A stretch of 63,817 nucleotides of DNA, counting the filler, from Lama guanicoe (Eukaryota), in the NCBI GenBank assembly GCA_013239625.1. It is 172 parts of 172 records of this genome, joined end to end, with 100 filler letters (N's around TTAATTAATTAA, not from the genome) between each part and the next. Parts side by side here need not be neighbours in the genome. Positions count along the whole stretch, not along the records: positions 58,340 to 58,611 come from PNXV01051703.1; positions 58,712 to 58,983 come from PNXV01051704.1; positions 59,084 to 59,355 come from PNXV01051705.1; positions 59,456 to 59,727 come from PNXV01051706.1; positions 59,828 to 60,099 come from PNXV01051707.1; positions 60,200 to 60,471 come from PNXV01051708.1; positions 60,572 to 60,843 come from PNXV01051709.1; positions 60,944 to 61,215 come from PNXV01051710.1; 164 more parts are not named here. The stretch is one strand, 5' to 3'. A program made the translations under genes and the position numbers. Positions 58,573 through 63,817 of this stretch are shown here, in pieces; the first letter of the stretch is position 1, and the number at the start of each line of letters is the position of its first letter. Under the pieces are notes generated by a model. It saw nothing but the letters and a program-made list of their open reading frames with translations. It ran no database searches and was not told the DNA's origin.

Positions 58573-58799
58573 ATCATTGCTTCTAATAGTTTTCCCCTCT
58601 TGATTTGGTTTNNNNNNNNNNNNNNNNNNNNNNNNNNNNNNNNNNNNNNNNNNNNTTAATTAATTAANNNNNNNNNNNNNNNNNNNNNNNNNNNNNNNNN
58701 NNNNNNNNNNNAAAGATTGTCCATTGAGGAGTGAACAAGTTCAGAGGAGCCTTGGCAAGACTGTTCTGTGCACCTTGGGAAAGAAAGAGCCTGTGGTGA

Positions 58800-58983
58800 A
58801 TAGATTAAGATGCAATAAACACACACGCAATGGAATATTACTTGACCATACAAAATAATACAATTTTATCATTTGTAACAACATAGATGGACTTGGAGGG
58901 TGTTACACTGAGTGAAATAAGTGAAAGAAATACTGTATGATATCACTTATATGCAGAATCTAAAACACACAACTAGTGAATAT
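58800..58983 (+). mobile_element. L1 ORF2 end / 3' UTR start
   Basis: CAATGGAATATTACT...ATTTGTAACAACATAGATGGACTTGGAGGG...GAGTGAAATAAG...ATATCACTTATATGCAGAATCTAAA. Confidence 0.85.
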
Positions 58984-59099
58984 NNNNNNNNNNNNNNNNN
59001 NNNNNNNNNNNNNNNNNNNNNNNNNNNTTAATTAATTAANNNNNNNNNNNNNNNNNNNNNNNNNNNNNNNNNNNNNNNNNNNNCCTAAAAAGGCTCTTC

Positions 59100-59345
59100 T
59101 GGCTCGGGGGGACTGCCTCTCCTGCAGCTAGCCGGTTCTTAGACTGGGCAAGGAACTCAGCTGGAAGCACGCTTGTCATATGCAGGCTGGCCAGTGCAGG
59201 GCCGTATGGCCTTTATCTGGCCTGTGCACCCCAGAAATGGAATACTTTTGCCTTAATCATCCCAGGACGGTACCAAGCAACTAGACACCACTCCTATAGT
59301 CCAGAACCCACCGAAATTATTCCATCTAGCCAATCCTAAACCGTT
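59100..59345 (+). mobile_element. MER74-like (ERVL) LTR fragment
   Basis: GGGGACTGCCTCTCC...GCTAGC...CATATGCA...GGTACCAAGCAACTAGA...GAAATTATTCCATCTAGCCAATCCTAAAC. Confidence 0.65.
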
Positions 59346-62300
59346 GCCTTTTTTTNNNNNNNNNNNNNNNNNNNNNNNNNNNNNNNNNNNNNNNNNNNNT
59401 TAATTAATTAANNNNNNNNNNNNNNNNNNNNNNNNNNNNNNNNNNNNNNNNNNNNTGAGGCCAGGGGTGCCGTGGTTAGTGCTCGAGCTATGAGGCTCTT
59501 GCTCTGTAAAGAAATGAGGGCCCCATGCTGCCCAAGCTGAGAAGGGCCTTGGTGACCCAGTTCAGATGGGTTTGGAGGCAGATATGGGAATGTTGAAGGC
59601 AGAATAACTCCAAGGCTGGGACTCTCTGTGCCGAGCTGTCTTTGGTGGGGACAGGGCTCACCCCCGTGGGCTCCCTGCTGAGGGCCAGCACAGCACCTGA
59701 CCTCCACGGGGGTCACCTCACTCAGGGNNNNNNNNNNNNNNNNNNNNNNNNNNNNNNNNNNNNNNNNNNNNTTAATTAATTAANNNNNNNNNNNNNNNNN
59801 NNNNNNNNNNNNNNNNNNNNNNNNNNNAATTACTATGCTGTATATCAGAAATTAATACATTGTAAATCGATTATACCTCAATAAAGAAAATTATATGTAT
59901 AGCTGTATACAGGTAAATCAAAGACATTTAAATGGTTTGAATATATTTTTTCAAATCTAATTACTAATTACTTCTGCTATTCTTAAAATTATATTATTGT
60001 TCCCTACCTTTGTTAACATTCTGTAGTTAACTATAGTACTAAAATTAATGTATGTATGTATTAAGAAATCTGCTTTATTTTTAATAACAATTTATTTTAN
60101 NNNNNNNNNNNNNNNNNNNNNNNNNNNNNNNNNNNNNNNNNNNTTAATTAATTAANNNNNNNNNNNNNNNNNNNNNNNNNNNNNNNNNNNNNNNNNNNNT
60201 GAAGTTTTACTACAAACCAAGCAGGTCAAAATGAAACGAGGATCCTACCTTGAGTCCTGGCTCCCTAAGCTCTGCTTCATCCCCAAGCAGTGACCTCCTG
60301 AGAGCACATTGTGTGTGCAGTTTTGTGCTGGATTAGGTGTCTGCTGCCCAATTTTATTTCTGTCCATGTCCTCCTGCTCTGATAATAAGGGAGAATCTTC
60401 AGGGGGCTGAAAAGGCTTCCAGAATCCACTTTTTCATATTCAGATACCCTCAACAGTTGTGTTCAAAATTTNNNNNNNNNNNNNNNNNNNNNNNNNNNNN
60501 NNNNNNNNNNNNNNNTTAATTAATTAANNNNNNNNNNNNNNNNNNNNNNNNNNNNNNNNNNNNNNNNNNNNCAACTCCAGAGTAGAAGCTGAGAGCAGTG
60601 TCTGTAGATCAGAGTCCAGAGAGCTAGCTCTTCCTGCATAAAGTGGGGTGCCCCTGCATTGAGCTGTGTTGAATGGCAGCAAGCATCCACTTTTTAGCAG
60701 GTAGGGCTTCCCCCTTCCCAACTCTCTCACCCTTAGGGTATCTTCCCCCTCTCCCCTTTCTCCCCTCCATCCTTCTCTAACACACCATTGAATAGATGAT
60801 GCTGGCTTGCAGCTGTTAACTTAGTTCTTTTTTATAAACCCAGNNNNNNNNNNNNNNNNNNNNNNNNNNNNNNNNNNNNNNNNNNNNTTAATTAATTAAN
60901 NNNNNNNNNNNNNNNNNNNNNNNNNNNNNNNNNNNNNNNNNNNGAGGCCCTCAGTCCCAGGCCAGGGCTCTTCCCACCGTGCTGCGTGTCCTACTTGTCC
61001 CTGGAATGTTGGCGTCTCCTGCGCCCCGGACCCTTTCTCACTCAGCTCACCCCGACCCCTGGCCGTGGTCACTGTCACGCTCAGCTGTAGCTGTGAGTGC
61101 CCCATGCCTCTCCAGAACTCCAGGTGTGTGTGCTCCATCTGTTTTCCAGATGCCTCTTGGTATCCTGTATAACCCCAGCATTTCCCAAAGACTCACCTTT
61201 ACCTCCTGGCACCGCNNNNNNNNNNNNNNNNNNNNNNNNNNNNNNNNNNNNNNNNNNNNTTAATTAATTAANNNNNNNNNNNNNNNNNNNNNNNNNNNNN
61301 NNNNNNNNNNNNNNNAGTGACAGGAACCTTGGGGAAACATGATTATATCATCTTGGAATAAACAACTTTGAGAAAGAAATATACACTGTTTAATAGATGA
61401 CCTGGTTCCTCTGAGCTGTCTGATGAAGGCATCACTAAGCATGTGATCCGTATGGACACCACATCCTACCATGTAGATTTCCCTGACTCCATCAGTATTC
61501 AGACTCTTGCCTCTTTCTCTGTGCCTCCTGTTTGTTACCAGTTGTGTCTCCAGAAACCTTCTGAGAGGTAGCAATGATAAAAAAAATNNNNNNNNNNNNN
61601 NNNNNNNNNNNNNNNNNNNNNNNNNNNNNNNTTAATTAATTAANNNNNNNNNNNNNNNNNNNNNNNNNNNNNNNNNNNNNNNNNNNNGAAGCTTGCACAA
61701 CAAGTGAATGAGAACATCATGCAGAATTCTTCAAGAGAAAGGTCAAGCTACTGAAAACTAATCTTAGATGGAGAACTTGGAAAACTCTGACATAATAAAA
61801 CTGAAAGAAGAAATGAACTAATGTAAAAATATTAGGACCCCTATAAATAGTATAAAGACCCAGGGAACAGACAAATTTGAGACATCATACAACAAATTCA
61901 GATTAAAAGAGATATAACCCTTTTTTTAATTAAAAAAATTAAAAAGACAAGAAAAAAAANNNNNNNNNNNNNNNNNNNNNNNNNNNNNNNNNNNNNNNNN
62001 NNNTTAATTAATTAANNNNNNNNNNNNNNNNNNNNNNNNNNNNNNNNNNNNNNNNNNNNGGAGGTCCAGCGCAACAACAACCACCAAGGCAGGCTCTGAA
62101 CACCACACCCCTAACCACAGCTCCAATCAAAAGGAGAACAGCCAACACTCATGGAAGAAAGACATGGCAACCGTCCACACGAAGCACAGCCATGGCCAAC
62201 AAACTATTAGACGTATGAAGTCTACACAGGAGCACTCCCACTTTAAATCAAAATAAACAAACAAAAATAAAATAGCCCTTCAAGACCACAGTAGATAATG

Positions 62301-62803
62301 GATGTTCCTAAATCCATAGAGCCGGAAAGATNNNNNNNNNNNNNNNNNNNNNNNNNNNNNNNNNNNNNNNNNNNNTTAATTAATTAANNNNNNNNNNNNN
62401 NNNNNNNNNNNNNNNNNNNNNNNNNNNNNNNATACATTGAACAAGAAACGTGATTATGAAGAGTATTATGAAGATACGTAGCAGAAACAGAAGAAAAAGT
62501 CATGAGGACCTTTTTCCTGAGTTACATGTAGAGAGAAGGTAAAGATCATGATTTCAGAGTCAAAGCAGAGACCAGAACTCCCCATGGAGGATGCAGGAAG
62601 CAAGCACAGGACCACACACATAGGAAGGGAATCAGGAGGAAGTCCTCCACACTCCATCAGGCTGATTCACAAGCTTTTAAACAGGCAGATGAGTAACAAA
62701 AATNNNNNNNNNNNNNNNNNNNNNNNNNNNNNNNNNNNNNNNNNNNNTTAATTAATTAANNNNNNNNNNNNNNNNNNNNNNNNNNNNNNNNNNNNNNNNN
62801 NNN

Positions 62804-63073
62804 GGTTCCCTCTGGATGTATGCCCAGGAGTGGGATTGCTGGATCAAATGATAAGTCTGTTTTTAGTCTTTTGAGGAATCTCCACACTTTTTTCCACACT
62901 GGATGCACCAAATGACATTCCCACCAACAGTGTAGGAGGTCCCTTTTTTCCACACTGTCCAGGATTTCTCCTTTGTCGACTTTTGAGTGATGCCTGTTGT
63001 GACTGGTGTGAGGTAATACTTCAGTGTAGTTTTGATTTGCATTTCTCTGATAATTAGTGATACTGAGCTTTTT
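62804..63073 (-). mobile_element. L1 ORF2 C-terminal (Cys-rich) fragment
   Basis: Minus [49 protein letters not shown] matches the L1 ORF2 HCWWECKLVQPLWKTVWRFL...[11 protein letters not shown] motif. Confidence 0.95.
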
Positions 63074-63234
63074 NNNNNNNNNNNNNNNNNNNNNNNNNNN
63101 NNNNNNNNNNNNNNNNNTTAATTAATTAANNNNNNNNNNNNNNNNNNNNNNNNNNNNNNNNNNNNNNNNNNNNGCGGACCAGCCCCGCCTTCTCGTCTGC
63201 CGGATGGCAGGGCGGCCTCCCCAGCAAACCGTCC

Positions 63235-63446
63235 ATTTCACAGACCAGGGTTGTTTTTCTAGTTCGTGCTGGTTGAGCCCCTGGGAAGGATCCGTTTTCT
63301 CACCTTTTTCAGCCTCTAGAGGCCACCGCCTTCCCGGGGCTGGTGGCCCCTTCATCCACCATCAGGGCCAGCAGCGTCCAGCGCAGTCACCCCACAGGCG
63401 TCACTCTGACCCTGCCCCATCCTCCCGTCCTCCCTCTCTGACCCTN
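63235..63446 (-). mobile_element. MLT1 LTR fragment
   Basis: GGAAGGATCCGTTTTCTCACCTTTTTCAGCCTCTAGAGGCCACC...GGTGGCCCCTTCATCC. Confidence 0.7.
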
Positions 63447-63817
63447 NNNNNNNNNNNNNNNNNNNNNNNNNNNNNNNNNNNNNNNNNNNTTAATTAATTA
63501 ANNNNNNNNNNNNNNNNNNNNNNNNNNNNNNNNNNNNNNNNNNNNATTCACTTTACTGAGTATAATTATCCACTCTGTCCCTATCCTTTGCAAGACAGGC
63601 CACTGTTTTAGGATGAATTATCCCAGATGCAGACCTTGAGCCAAGGATTTGAGTGCTAGTGATTTATAAAATGAATGCTTCCAGAAGGGTAAGGATTGTA
63701 AGGGGGAGAAGCAGCAGGATATAAGAGGGGAAAAGGCCAAGAAAGGTGCAATTTCAGAGGAAGTTTCTGCCTCAGCTTGATCCTGTAAGGAGCTGTGTCT
63801 CAGAATTTGTGCCCCTC

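Larger units (their letters stand above)
1..63817. other. Artificial pseudo-scaffold: 172 contigs of 270-272 bp joined by 171 synthetic 100-bp linkers
   Basis: Strict period of 371 bp, then 372 bp. Every gap is N44-TTAATTAATTAA-N44. Neighbouring blocks are unrelated and swing from AT-rich L1 to very GC-rich CpG islands. Confidence 0.99.

Noticed and set aside
1066..63497. Most ORFs in the supplied track, especially those ending in X-runs or 'LIN'
   Set aside because: They reach the length threshold only by reading through Ns and stop in the linker. The GC-rich ones are low-complexity Arg/Gly/Pro/Ala frames of CpG islands.
272..63545. CRISPR-like or programmed-rearrangement array (constant repeat plus equal-length unique spacers)
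   Set aside because: The repeat is a 12-bp six-frame stop inside fixed 44-N pads. The 'spacers' are 270-272-bp mammalian repeats, introns and promoters. There are no cas genes. It is a synthetic linker.

Overview
This window is not a contiguous genomic locus. It is an in-silico concatenation of 172 unrelated short contigs (270-272 bp each), joined by 171 identical 100-bp linkers (44 N + TTAATTAATTAA + 44 N; the 12-mer gives stop codons in all six frames). Only about 46.7 kb is real sequence, and adjacency across linkers carries no biological meaning. Most ORFs in the supplied track end in these linkers ('XXX...LIN') and are artefacts. The contigs are placental-mammal DNA, most likely camelid: there are five tRNA-Ala-derived Vic-1-type SINEs and cetartiodactyl-type L1 3' ends, with no recognisable Alu, Bov-tA/BovB or PRE1. 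Content is mostly repeat fragments (L1, MaLR/ERV LTRs, MIR/L2, MER5/MER53/MER82/Tigger1). The notable pieces are: the head-to-head 7SL RNA (RN7SL1-type)/RPS29 promoter with its CRE at -43..-50, an intact ETFDH exon end, a decayed ZNF532 pseudogene fragment, five CpG-island fragments, two short-period tandem arrays and a well-paired MER53 hairpin. Two contigs share an exact 49-bp dovetail overlap that exposes the assembly graph. I found no support for a novel multi-gene or CRISPR-like system; the striking periodicity is an assembly artefact. Gene and repeat names come from recalled sequences, not database searches.
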